DNA from: Actinomycetota bacterium
GTDB lineage: Bacteria > Actinomycetota > Acidimicrobiia > Spongiisociales > UBA4744
Reading direction: 5' to 3'
Length of the DNA stretch: 64,000 bases
NCBI GenBank assembly: GCA_013152275.1
Contig: JAADGS010000045.1
Location: 1-64,000 of the forward strand
Under the pieces are notes generated by a model. It made no database searches. It worked only from the letters and a program-made list of their open reading frames with translations, and was not told the DNA's origin. Below, one piece after another: positions 19,110 to 28,596 of this stretch. Position numbers and translations under genes: made by a program. The stretch's first letter is position 1; each line of letters starts with the position of its first letter.

Positions 19110-20095
19110 TCTCCCGCCGTCACTTCCTCAGGGACATGCTCGGCGTCGTCGCAGGTGCGGGACTGGTCGGTTTGCCCGTGTGGGAGTGGACAGCCAGGCG
19201 CGACCGGGTCGATCGATACGTCCGTGCGATGATGGGGACCGATGTCGAAATCGTCCTGATCGGTCTTGAACCGGACGTCGCCGCGTCCATTGCGGAGAGG
19301 GCGTTTGCCGGCATGGAAGGGGTGGCGAGTCGCCTTACGGTCTTCGATCCGACCAGTGAGTTGAACGACTTCAACGCGACCGCCGGTTCGGGACCCGTCC
19401 GCCTCGCTCCGGATCTGGAAGCCGTGTTGTTTCAGGCAAATGCGTTGCGCTCGGCCACGGAGGGCGCGTTTCTCCCTCTCAGCCGGCTCTGGCGACCCGA
19501 TGAGGGCCGAGTCCCGGAGACCGCGGCGATTGAAGAAGCCCTCGACGCCGTCGCCCGGGCGGAGGTGAACCTGTCGGGCGGCCTGGGGCAGCTCACGTCG
19601 ACCGCAAGCCTCGACCTCGGGGGAATCGCCAAAGGTTTTGCCGTGGATCGGGCGGTTCGCATCCTGCGGGCGGCAGGTGTCACGAATGCGATCGTCGATG
19701 CAGGAGGAGACCTGCGGCTTCTTGGCTCCCACGCCGGGCGACCCTGGCGGGTCGGTATCCCCGACCCCTTCCGACCCGAGCGGATCTCCAGGGTCCTTCA
19801 CCTTCGCGACGCTGCCGTGGCGACATCCGGTGACTACGAACGATTCTTCACCGTCGACGGCGTTCGCTATCACCACATCGTCGACCCGCGTACGGGATAC
19901 CCTGCAAGAGGGACCCACTCGTTCACGGTGGTTCTGCCCGATGGGATGTCGGCGGACGGCGCAGCCACGGCCGGATTCGTGCTTGGGCCGAGGGACGGTC
20001 TCGAGTTCGTCACCGGAAAAGGAGGCGAGGCTCTTGCCATCGGTGCGGACCGAACCTGGGTGCGCACGGGCGGTCTCGAGGACCGCCTGGCCTGA
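19106..20095 (+). CDS. apbE: FAD:protein FMN transferase with Tat signal
   Basis: SRRHFL twin-arginine motif; MMGT, LDLGGIAKGFAVD, VATSGDYER, HHIVDPRTGYP. Confidence 0.95.
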   Translation: MISRRHFLRDMLGVVAGAGLVGLPVWEWTARRDRVDRYVRAMMGTDVEIVLIGLEPDVAASIAERAFAGMEGVASRLTVFDPTSELNDFNATAGSGPVRLAPDLEAVLFQANALRSATEGAFLPLSRLWRPDEGRVPETAAIEEALDAVARAEVNLSGGLGQLTSTASLDLGGIAKGFAVDRAVRILRAAGVTNAIVDAGGDLRLLGSHAGRPWRVGIPDPFRPERISRVLHLRDAAVATSGDYERFFTVDGVRYHHIVDPRTGYPARGTHSFTVVLPDGMSADGAATAGFVLGPRDGLEFVTGKGGEALAIGADRTWVRTGGLEDRLA

Positions 20096-20399
20096 GAGAT
20101 GATCCTGTAGCCGCCGCGCGAGGACAGTACGACTTCCCTTTGCGCATCTGAGGTTGCTGGTTCGATCCCGGCAGTCTTCAGGAGGAAGAACATGCTCGGG
20201 TGGCTATCCGGCGGAGCATGCCTCTTGTGCAATCTCGGGTGCATCAGGACGTGTCGCGGCTGGACTGCTCGAGCCTTCGAGTTCGACATGGTCCGCAGCC
20301 ACATCTGTGGACTCGATGTGCAACTACTGCGAGTTGCCGTATTCCTCGAACCTGAGTGTCAGGCCGGAGAACTAGTTGGGAATCCCCGTGCGCCGTGTC

Positions 20400-21935
20400 T
20401 CACTCGTACACGGGCAGTGTCAGCTCGAAGATGGTTCGTCCATCGGCGTGGCGGTAGGTGAGGTCGCCGCCCATTTTTCGGGCAAGGTCTCTCGACAGCG
20501 GCAGACCGATGCCGATTGGTCCGGGTTTGCCTTGCTGGGGTTGCGCGACATGGAACCGTTCGAAAATCCTTTCTTGGTCCTCTTCCGACAGCGGCGGTCC
20601 GTTGTCAGTCACCGCAAGCGTAATGATCTCTTCACGTCGGTCGATCTCGACTTGTAGATCCGTTCCGCCGTAGCGTTCTGCGTTCGTGACGAGGTTTCGC
20701 AGTATCTGACGCACCCTGCCCGGGTCGGCACTAGCCAGGACGGTGCCTGTAACTTCGACAGTTGCCGCGACACGAAGGGACTCGAGGACCTTGCGTGCTT
20801 GGGCCTCCAGGTTGACCGGCACCTGGATGACCTCGAGTTCTCCCAGCTCCGCCTGCGCTCCCACCAGGAGGTCCTCGACCAGGTTCGCCATGTCAGACGC
20901 CTCAGAAGCAATATCTCTCATCATGGCCCTTTGCTCCTCAGGCGAAAGGCCGGAGTCCTCTCTGAGAAGTTCGGAGAACCCGAGTATTGCGGTCAGCGGG
21001 GTGCGTACCTCATGGGATACCGAGGCCAGCAGCTGCAGACGGGACTCGGCCATCTCCTCGAGCCTGCGGAGATTCTCCAGGCGTTCGGTCACGTCTCGGA
21101 CGATGGCCATCAGTGTGCGCTGTCCGTTGAAAGTCACGTTCGCGATCGAGATCTCGATACGGAATTCCTCACCATTCGCTCGCACCCCATAAAGCACGGG
21201 TCTGGTATCCATCCTCCGGTACCGCTGCGAAGAGACGGCAAAGTCCCGGACGTGCTTGGGATGGCTGTGGCGGAATCGTTCCGGAATGAATCTGTCGAGC
21301 TTGCCTCCAAGCACCTCGCCGGCGGACTCCAGGCCGAACATCTCGACAAACCGATCATTGGTCATCACGATGTTTCCGTCGGTGTCGATCACGACGATGC
21401 CGTTCGGGGCCAAGCTGAACAGGGCGTGCCACCTGGCGGCTTCTGATCGGAGGAGGCTGCCGGTTTCGTGGTATATCAGACCGCCGATGCTGTTGCCGAT
21501 CACGAGGATGGCGATGGAAAGCGCCGTGAGTGTCGGCGGCGCCTGCAACCTCAGGATGAACACTACGGCTGCGATGACGATTGCGGCACCGAACCAGAGG
21601 TTCAACCAACGTCCTCCGAGATATGCTGCCGCGGCGGCAAAGACCGTGTACGTGAGAAGGGCGCTCACGAGGATGACCGGTTGGTTGACCAACGCTGCTG
21701 CGATCAAAAGAAGGCCGGCCAGACCGACCAGGACGTCGAGCCGGGGCCGGTCATTCCTCAGTTGCCACAGAGCGAGACCTGCGAACAGGAACAGGGCCAC
21801 CGCCGAGGCGGCGAGGCTGACATCCTTATGGACGCCGGCGGCAACTCCATACGCTACCCCCAACGCCGCAGCGACGTAGACTCCCACGTGCACGTATCGG
21901 CGGTGCAAGTCCTCCACTGTCGGCCAGAGATTCAC
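20400..21935 (-). CDS. Membrane PAS-domain sensor histidine kinase (orphan)
   Basis: 5-6 TMs, PAS domain, VSHEVRTPL, NLVTNA, DNG, GIGLPLSR. Confidence 0.93.
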   Translation of the reverse strand: MNLWPTVEDLHRRYVHVGVYVAAALGVAYGVAAGVHKDVSLAASAVALFLFAGLALWQLRNDRPRLDVLVGLAGLLLIAAALVNQPVILVSALLTYTVFAAAAAYLGGRWLNLWFGAAIVIAAVVFILRLQAPPTLTALSIAILVIGNSIGGLIYHETGSLLRSEAARWHALFSLAPNGIVVIDTDGNIVMTNDRFVEMFGLESAGEVLGGKLDRFIPERFRHSHPKHVRDFAVSSQRYRRMDTRPVLYGVRANGEEFRIEISIANVTFNGQRTLMAIVRDVTERLENLRRLEEMAESRLQLLASVSHEVRTPLTAILGFSELLREDSGLSPEEQRAMMRDIASEASDMANLVEDLLVGAQAELGELEVIQVPVNLEAQARKVLESLRVAATVEVTGTVLASADPGRVRQILRNLVTNAERYGGTDLQVEIDRREEIITLAVTDNGPPLSEEDQERIFERFHVAQPQQGKPGPIGIGLPLSRDLARKMGGDLTYRHADGRTIFELTLPVYE

Positions 21936-22110
21936 CGTGATCCAACTATACCGACGGAGTCACGAAATTGCCTGCATACGGCACATCTAGGCCCGTGCAA
22001 CTCCAACCTCTGCAGACGCATACGAGGGTCTTGGTGCCAGGGTACGTCCGAGGCGGAAGCCGTAACTCCAACGAGCCCCAAGGTTGATCATGACTACCTT
22101 CGGACCTGGA

Positions 22111-23463
22111 TCATGCAAGGTCTCGACTCGCCGACTCGGTGACGAAGCCGTGTTCGCGCCACGCGATCATCCCTCCGGCGAGGTTTCGTACATTGCGATA
22201 GCCCAACGTGGTCAGGAAGAGGAGACCAAGAAGTGAGGCGTTGCCCTTCTCGCAGACGCTGAGCACGGGCGCTTCGAGATCTTCGGGGAGGTCCGAAACG
22301 CGCTCGTTCAGGTTCTTGAGGGGCATGTTGACGGCACCCGGGATGTGCTCCAAGGAGAAGTGCAAATCGTTACGCACGTCCATGACGAACGGCTTGTGGT
22401 TCCGCCACAGCTCGTGGGCCGATTCGACGTCGATGGTCAAGGCCATGTTGGCTCTGATATTCCCGGCCATCTGGTCCAGCAGCCGCTCCTTTCCAGTTGG
22501 TGGGGTCGCTTGCGCCGAGCGCAGACCGGCCAGATGTTTGACGACCGATGATGCATACTTGAAAGCGCTATCGGGGAAGATCACCACTACCAGATTGCCG
22601 GGCTCGTCGGCTATCAGCTTGAACGCTCCCTCCAGCGCCATGGCAGAACTCGGTCCTGCTGTGATGCTCTCCTCACGGTTCAGCCGCAAGCAGAGTTCGA
22701 AGGCGTTCTGGGTTTGGACCTCCACCAAACCGTCGTACTGCTCAGGCTGGAAGAAGTGCGTCTGCTGTAGTTGTTGGATGCTGCGCACACCGGGGATGTC
22801 ATGTCCCTCATTGGGGTGGACACCAAGGACCTGCACATTCGGATTCTGTTCCTTGAGGAACCGGCCCGTCCCGGTAATCGTGCCGCATGTACCGAGACCC
22901 GCGACCAGGTGCGTCACCCTGCCCCGTGTCTGACGCCAGATCTCAGGTCCGGTGGTCTTGTAGTGCGCCTCGGGGTTGGCCTTGTTCTCGTACTGGTTCA
23001 GCATCTGGAACTCCGGGCGTTCGGCGATCTCCATCGCGTGGGCGATGGCACCCTCCGGTGCCCATGGTGCGGGGCACAGGGCGTCCTCCAATTCCAGCAC
23101 CTCGGCCCCGAAGAAACGCAGCATCGTCCGTTTCTCCAGCGGAATCGAGCTGGAAAGAGGAGTGGTGAGAGAGTAGCCCTTCGCGTTGGCGATCATGGCG
23201 AGACCGAGACCGGTATTGCCCGAGGTCGGCTCCACCAGCTTCTGGCCTGATCCGATCTCCCCGCGTTGCTCCGCGTTGCCGACCATGTTGGACGCCACCC
23301 GGTCCTTCACGGACCCGAACGGGTTGAACCATTCCAGCTTCGCGTACACCTGTGTGTGTTCGAATGGGCTCACCCGAGTCAGACGCACAAGGGGTGTGGG
23401 GTTGTCGGGGTTACAGAGCAGTCCGAGAATCGAATCGTAGACGCGAAGGGAATGGTCGTTCAT
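22111..23463 (-). CDS. PLP cysteine synthase fused to a C-terminal rhodanese domain
   Basis: NPFGSVKDR, EPTSGNTG, GLGTCGT; rhodanese DVR...HIPGAVN...CEKGNAS...LAGGMIAW. Confidence 0.92.
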   Translation of the reverse strand: MNDHSLRVYDSILGLLCNPDNPTPLVRLTRVSPFEHTQVYAKLEWFNPFGSVKDRVASNMVGNAEQRGEIGSGQKLVEPTSGNTGLGLAMIANAKGYSLTTPLSSSIPLEKRTMLRFFGAEVLELEDALCPAPWAPEGAIAHAMEIAERPEFQMLNQYENKANPEAHYKTTGPEIWRQTRGRVTHLVAGLGTCGTITGTGRFLKEQNPNVQVLGVHPNEGHDIPGVRSIQQLQQTHFFQPEQYDGLVEVQTQNAFELCLRLNREESITAGPSSAMALEGAFKLIADEPGNLVVVIFPDSAFKYASSVVKHLAGLRSAQATPPTGKERLLDQMAGNIRANMALTIDVESAHELWRNHKPFVMDVRNDLHFSLEHIPGAVNMPLKNLNERVSDLPEDLEAPVLSVCEKGNASLLGLLFLTTLGYRNVRNLAGGMIAWREHGFVTESASRDLA

Positions 23464-23464
23464 G

Positions 23465-24412
23465 TCATGCTCCTCGAAGGCCTGTCGTGGATGGTTGCCA
23501 CTTTGATCTGTCCTTCCGCCCCGCCACGGCTGTCGGTCGGGATTCGGAGTGTTCCCCGGCCGGGCGGCAGTCGCCCAACATGTCTGAGACGACTTGTGGA
23601 ACCGCATCGAGATGCCGGCCGGACGCGGACACCTGTACCCTCGAAGCAAGGGCGGCGCGAAGCTCGACGACGTGCCCCACCACCAGTATCGCCGGCGCCT
23701 GGACCGCAACCGTCTCGGCCGCGATCTCCCCGAGGTTCGTGACCAGGACACGCTCATCGGAGGTTGTTCCCCTTTGGATGAAGGCGGCCGGCTCGTCGGG
23801 TGAGCGGCCTGTCGCGATCAGAGAGCGGGCAATGGCGCTCCGGCGGCGCACCCCCATGAGAATCACCAACGTGTCGATCTCCGCGTAGCGGGACCACTCC
23901 GGCATGGATCCGTTCTCTTTGTGGCCGGTGATGACCGCGAACGATTCGGCGACGCCCCGCTGGGTGAGGGGGATGCCGGCCACACCGGGCACCGAGGTCG
24001 CCGAGGTGATCCCGGGGACGAACTCCACCTCGATGTTGTGACGGCGGAGGTATTCCCACTCCTCGCCTCCACGTCCGAAGATGAGGGGATCTCCACTCTT
24101 GAGGCGCACAACCGTCTTTCCCAACGCGACGTAGGTGAGCATCGTGCTATTGATACGATCTTGGCTGTTGCCCGGCCCTCCCGGCCGCTTCCCAACGTCG
24201 ATGAGGATTGCCGCCGAGTCGGCCATTCTGATGATCTCCTGGCTGACCAGACGGTCGTGGAGCACGACATCGGCTTCCTCGAGGACGCGAAGCGCCTTGA
24301 GGGTAAGGAGTTCGGGGTCCCCGGGACCGGCCCCCACCAGGAACACCTTGCCAGAGGAAACCGCTGCCCGCCGTCCGGAGGGGACGGCTTCGTTTCCTGT
24401 CACGAGCCGCAT
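23465..24412 (-). CDS. cobA: Uroporphyrinogen-III C-methyltransferase
   Basis: VGAGPGDPELLTLK, RLKSGDPLIFGRGGEE, VPGITSA. Confidence 0.95.
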   Translation of the reverse strand: MRLVTGNEAVPSGRRAAVSSGKVFLVGAGPGDPELLTLKALRVLEEADVVLHDRLVSQEIIRMADSAAILIDVGKRPGGPGNSQDRINSTMLTYVALGKTVVRLKSGDPLIFGRGGEEWEYLRRHNIEVEFVPGITSATSVPGVAGIPLTQRGVAESFAVITGHKENGSMPEWSRYAEIDTLVILMGVRRRSAIARSLIATGRSPDEPAAFIQRGTTSDERVLVTNLGEIAAETVAVQAPAILVVGHVVELRAALASRVQVSASGRHLDAVPQVVSDMLGDCRPAGEHSESRPTAVAGRKDRSKWQPSTTGLRGA

Positions 24413-25092
24413 GTCGTGGCCTCCCCGTTGGGCGGGTGGATACCGCACTCGGTCTTCGTGCCGTTCCAGCGACCTGAACGAGTGTCGCTCGGGTCGAGAG
24501 GCAGCGACGTGCACGGAGCACAGCCGATGCTCGGATAACCGGCAGCGTACAAGGGGTGTAACGGCAGGTCGTTGGCGCGCGAGAAGTCGAGGACTTCTTC
24601 CCAGGTCCAGTCGACGATCGGGTTCACCTTGATGAGCTGTTTTCCGGTGGGAAGCCGGTATCGGTCGATTCGGGGAGTTGCGGCCCTGGTCGGCGCCTGG
24701 TCACGTCGCAGTGCGGTAAACCAGATGTCGTAATCTTGCAGCGCCCGGAGGAGGGGATCGACCTTGCGCAATCGGCAGCACAGATCCGGATTCGTGAGGG
24801 GCAGGTCGTCCACGAGACCCTCGCCCAGCCCGTCGCCGGGAGTGATGTTCACCAGGTTGAGGTCCCATGTCTCGGTGAGCTGGTCGCGGAATGCGTACGT
24901 CTCGGGGAAATGAAGGCCGGTGTCCACGAAGAGCACCGGGATGTCAGGCCGGAAGCGTCGGATGATGCTGAGCAATGCGATGCCGCCCGCCTGGAAGCTG
25001 CAGGTGATACCCACGTTGCCTGGATACTCGAGAGCGGCACCGACCAGCGTCTCGGCCTTGAGCTCCTTGCGCGTGCGAGTGGTGGCGGTCAC
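24400..25092 (-). CDS. cysH: APS/PAPS reductase (Fe-S type)
   Basis: DTGLHFPET, CCRLRK, SIGCAPCT, ECGIH. Confidence 0.95.
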   Translation of the reverse strand: MTATTRTRKELKAETLVGAALEYPGNVGITCSFQAGGIALLSIIRRFRPDIPVLFVDTGLHFPETYAFRDQLTETWDLNLVNITPGDGLGEGLVDDLPLTNPDLCCRLRKVDPLLRALQDYDIWFTALRRDQAPTRAATPRIDRYRLPTGKQLIKVNPIVDWTWEEVLDFSRANDLPLHPLYAAGYPSIGCAPCTSLPLDPSDTRSGRWNGTKTECGIHPPNGEATTCGS

Positions 25093-25772
25093 AGTTCCTC
25101 CTCGGCATCAAATAGCTCTTGCGCAGCTCGATAGGCGGCTTCCATATCGCCACGCCGCACGTGCTGGAAGGTCTCGTCGCCGATCAGCCGGCGCCAGGCT
25201 CGGCGCCTTTGCGCCGGATCGGTGAAACGGTCGGCCACCTCCGGCCTGAGGTTGCCCAGCAGGTCGAGATAGGCCCCGTACTCGGGTCCGATGCCGTGCG
25301 CGATCCGGTCTCGAAGCCAGACGGAGAACGCCGGCGCCAGACCGCTGGAGGAGACCGCAACGACAAGATCGCCCTGCCGGTGTACCGCCGGAAGGATGAA
25401 GTTGCAGTGGTGCGGGTCATCGGGGGCGTTCAGCAGAATCGAGTGCTCTTCGGCCTCCTGCCACACCCGCCGGTTGACATCCCGATCCTCGGTGGCCGCG
25501 ACGGCGAGGAAGCAGCCGGTGAGGTCACCCTTCCGATACGGTCTCGGGATCCAGGCGATCCGCCTGTCCTCGAACCAGGTGAACAGACGTTCGGTCAGCT
25601 CTGGACTGACTACGGTGACGTCGCCATGGGCGGCGAGCAGACCCTCGACCTTGCCCTCGGCCACCTTTCCCCCTCCGACGACCATGCAGGATCGACCTTC
25701 CAGGCGGAGGAGGAGCGGGTAGTGTGCCGGAGTGCTCCCGGACGGTTGTGTGCCTGTGTGGGTGACGGTCAT
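25089..25772 (-). CDS. Precorrin-2 dehydrogenase/sirohydrochlorin ferrochelatase (CysG N-terminal/SirC-like)
   Basis: VVGGGKVA, NAPDDPHHCNFILPA, VAVSSSGLAP. Confidence 0.93.
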   Translation of the reverse strand: MTVTHTGTQPSGSTPAHYPLLLRLEGRSCMVVGGGKVAEGKVEGLLAAHGDVTVVSPELTERLFTWFEDRRIAWIPRPYRKGDLTGCFLAVAATEDRDVNRRVWQEAEEHSILLNAPDDPHHCNFILPAVHRQGDLVVAVSSSGLAPAFSVWLRDRIAHGIGPEYGAYLDLLGNLRPEVADRFTDPAQRRRAWRRLIGDETFQHVRRGDMEAAYRAAQELFDAEEEL

Positions 25773-27529
25773 GGGAGGGTCGCTCCGTGGATCGGGGATG
25801 GTCGGTACTCGTCGAGATCGATCGGGTCCGGTGTGGGGATGGGAAAGCGCTCATCACGGTCGGCCGATTCGGCATCTCCCACACCGCTGCGGAGACAGAA
25901 GTCTCCGAAGGTCTCTCCGTCGAATCTGTCATCTCGATATGCAGTCAGAATCGGCGAGAGCAGGTGAACCAGGTCCTCCCTGGCCACGTTCTCGGCGAGA
26001 AGCACATTGAGGCGCGTCCCGAGGGCGCTGCCGCCCACATGGACGTCGTACCTGCCCTTGCGCCTGCCGACGAAGGCGATCTCGGCGCTCTGAGGGCGCG
26101 CGCACCCATTTGGGCAACCGGTCATGCGCACTCGGATACTTTCTTCGCCGATCCCCAGTGCGTCCAGTTCGGTCTGGAGAGCCCGTGTGACCTCGGGAAG
26201 GACACGTTCGGACTCGGTGACCGCCAAGGGGCACGTGGGAAGGGCCGGGCATGCCATGGAGTGCAGGATCACCGGGGGTATCCGACCGGCCGGAAGGACG
26301 CCGTGATCCTCCAGCGTCGATACGACGTCCACTCGCTCACGATCGGTGAGGTCGGTGAGAAGAAGGTTTTGCCCTGGAGTGAGCCGGAATCCGGGCCGGA
26401 ACCGCTCGGCGACGGCACGGAGTCCGGTGCGCAACAGCACATCGCCACGGTCGGCGATACGTCCACCTTCGATCGGCACTCCGACGAACCATCGGCCGGC
26501 GTCCTGACGATGCACACCCAGATGGTCGTCGGCGTCGGTCCACGACAAGGGCTGTGGGGCAGCAAGACGTCGGCCGAGCCGTTGTTCCAGAGCATCCTTG
26601 AAGATGTCAACGCCCCAGTGGTCGATCAGATACTTCAACCGGGCTTGTTTACGGTCCAATCGGTCACCGAAATCCTTCTGGATACCGACGATCCCTTCGA
26701 GTACCTCCAAGAGGTCCTCGGGAGCAACAAAGCAGAGTGGGTCGGCCAGCCGCGGGAAGGTGTCGGGTCTGCCGTGAGTTCGGCCGAGACCGCCGCCGAC
26801 CAGCAACGTGAACCCCTCCAAACTCCCGGATCGCACATCGGCGATGATGCCCACATCCTGGGAGTAGACATCTATGCAGTTGTCTTCGGGGAAAGCCAGA
26901 CCGATCTTGAACTTGCGAGGCAGGTACGTCCTGCCGTAGAGCGGCTCCTCGTCGGCAGCGGCGGCGGTGACTGCCCGTTCACCGTTCATCCAGATGTCGT
27001 AGTAGGCGCGGGTGCGTGGGCGAAAATGATCGGCGATCTGCTCTGCGAAGGTGGCCAGGCCCACACGTGCTCTGTCAGGGAGCGGCGCCGGGCAGCTCAT
27101 CACGTTGCGCACGGCGTCGCCACTGGCGCCAAGTGTCGTGACAAGACGTTGATTCAGTGTCCGAATCAGTGTGGCGAGATCGGTCTTGCGGGCATGGTGG
27201 AACTGCACGGCCTGACGGGTTGTGAGACGAAGGGTTCCGTTCCCTGCCTGGTCGGCCAGTCGATCCAACGCCAGGTACTGTTCGGTCGTCAGCACGCCTC
27301 CCGGGATTGCTGCCCTGACCATGAAGATCACGTCTGGGTTCGCGCCGGGTGCCAGGTCGGCGCGGACATCCCGATTGTCCTCCTCGGTGATTCCGTGGAA
27401 CTTCAGTACCACGACGTTTTCTTTGCTGAACGACGGTTTCTCGTCATCCAGTTCCCGGACGATGGTGCCTCGAAGAAAGCCGCTGCCGGCCTTGATCTGC
27501 TCGACCAACGAATGCTCGATAGAGGTCAT
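25769..27529 (-). CDS. cysI: Siroheme sulfite reductase hemoprotein (CysI/Sir)
   Basis: LTTRQ, YLPRKFK, ACPALPTC and TGCPNGC ligands. Confidence 0.92.
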   Translation of the reverse strand: MTSIEHSLVEQIKAGSGFLRGTIVRELDDEKPSFSKENVVVLKFHGITEEDNRDVRADLAPGANPDVIFMVRAAIPGGVLTTEQYLALDRLADQAGNGTLRLTTRQAVQFHHARKTDLATLIRTLNQRLVTTLGASGDAVRNVMSCPAPLPDRARVGLATFAEQIADHFRPRTRAYYDIWMNGERAVTAAAADEEPLYGRTYLPRKFKIGLAFPEDNCIDVYSQDVGIIADVRSGSLEGFTLLVGGGLGRTHGRPDTFPRLADPLCFVAPEDLLEVLEGIVGIQKDFGDRLDRKQARLKYLIDHWGVDIFKDALEQRLGRRLAAPQPLSWTDADDHLGVHRQDAGRWFVGVPIEGGRIADRGDVLLRTGLRAVAERFRPGFRLTPGQNLLLTDLTDRERVDVVSTLEDHGVLPAGRIPPVILHSMACPALPTCPLAVTESERVLPEVTRALQTELDALGIGEESIRVRMTGCPNGCARPQSAEIAFVGRRKGRYDVHVGGSALGTRLNVLLAENVAREDLVHLLSPILTAYRDDRFDGETFGDFCLRSGVGDAESADRDERFPIPTPDPIDLDEYRPSPIHGATLP

Positions 27530-27535
27530 GCCCGC

Positions 27536-28417
27536 TCAGCAGCCTTCCAGGTCCGACGCGCTCACCGGATCGCCTCTCCGCCGGCCCCGTTCCACCGGCG
27601 CGCCGGTTGTTGCGTAGTCCACCCAGGAGCGCTCGTAGTGCATGACCCGCGGGTAACCCAGCAATTCCTTGAGGACGAACCAAGTGTGGGCCGACCGTGC
27701 ACCCGACAGTGAGTAGGTGACGACACGGGCGTCTCGGGGGACCGATTCGCGCTCGAAGAGTGAGCGCAACTCGTTCAAGGACCGAAAGCTCCGGTCGACG
27801 TTGGTCGTCCGCGGCCAGGGAACATTCCTGGCCCCGGGAATGTGACCTCCTGCATAGTTCTGACGCTGCGATGCATTTGGGGGTGCCAACTGTTCTCCCC
27901 GATACTCTTGTGGCGAGCGGGTGTCGACGAGGACGGTGTCACCATCTGCGGCGAGGACGTGGTCTCTGCTCGCTCTCAGTTCTTGCCGATCTGCGCCCGT
28001 CACCCGAAAACCGGTGGCTTGTGGTGAGGCGATCTCCCGGGTCAGCGGGCGTGCCTCGAGTCGCCACTTCTCGCGCCCACCGTCGAGCAGATGGACGTCG
28101 TCGAAGCCCCGATACTTGAGCAACCAGTAGCCGAACGCTCCCAACCAGTTTCCGGGTCCTCCATACACGACGACAGTGGACCTGTCGTCAACCCCGGCCC
28201 GGGAGAGCACGCGACTCAGTTCGGCTTGATCAGGGCAAGAAGGCGGCTCCGGACGCTGCAGATCGCACAGTCCACTCCAGAGGGTTGCGCCGGGAAGGTG
28301 GCCCTGGTCGTAGGCGGCCGGATCCGCGGCCACCTCGAGGATCCTGATCCGGGGGTCCCCAAGCCGACGTTCCAGCCACTCGGTGGTGACGAGGGCATCT
28401 GGATTGGCATAGCTCAT
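27536..28417 (-). CDS. Tandem-rhodanese sulfurtransferase (CysA/SseA-like) lacking the catalytic Cys
   Basis: GHLPGA, LLDGG, DTRSPQEY, GHIPGA; active-site loop reads YSLSGARS. Confidence 0.88.
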   Translation of the reverse strand: MSYANPDALVTTEWLERRLGDPRIRILEVAADPAAYDQGHLPGATLWSGLCDLQRPEPPSCPDQAELSRVLSRAGVDDRSTVVVYGGPGNWLGAFGYWLLKYRGFDDVHLLDGGREKWRLEARPLTREIASPQATGFRVTGADRQELRASRDHVLAADGDTVLVDTRSPQEYRGEQLAPPNASQRQNYAGGHIPGARNVPWPRTTNVDRSFRSLNELRSLFERESVPRDARVVTYSLSGARSAHTWFVLKELLGYPRVMHYERSWVDYATTGAPVERGRRRGDPVSASDLEGC

Positions 28418-28424
28418 GTGTGGT

Positions 28425-28565
28425 CGCTCCTGGTGTCGCAGACCGTCGTCGACGAACGACAGTTATCTGGAAGGGGTGTGACGACGCCGGAACGTGCTAA
28501 CGGGTGGTGGCGTCGTCAGGAGCGTGAGGCGATGGACACGCCAACGCTCGGGTGAACCACCCGAG
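28425..28565 (-). promoter_or_regulatory. Translational attenuator (alternative hairpins, anti-SD)
   Basis: CTCGGGTG/CACCCGAG hairpin, TGACGACGCC/GGCGTCGTCA hairpin, and leader CGCTCCTG complementary to the downstream SD region CAGGAGCG. Confidence 0.7.
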
Positions 28566-28596
28566 AGCATCGACACATACACATCGTCCACAACAT
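28516..28596 (-). CDS. Cys-rich leader peptide (26 aa)
   Basis: MLWTMCMCRCSRVVHPSVGVSIASRS*; -10 TACATT 9 nt upstream (near-leaderless); precedes the sulfur-assimilation operon. Confidence 0.75.
   Translation of the reverse strand: MLWTMCMCRCSRVVHPSVGVSIASRS

Noticed and set aside
25787..27712. 641-aa plus-strand ORF (and similar long ORFs at 42838-44127 and 45885-47498)
   Set aside because: Antisense or alternative-frame shadows of well-supported genes in high-GC DNA; no motifs.
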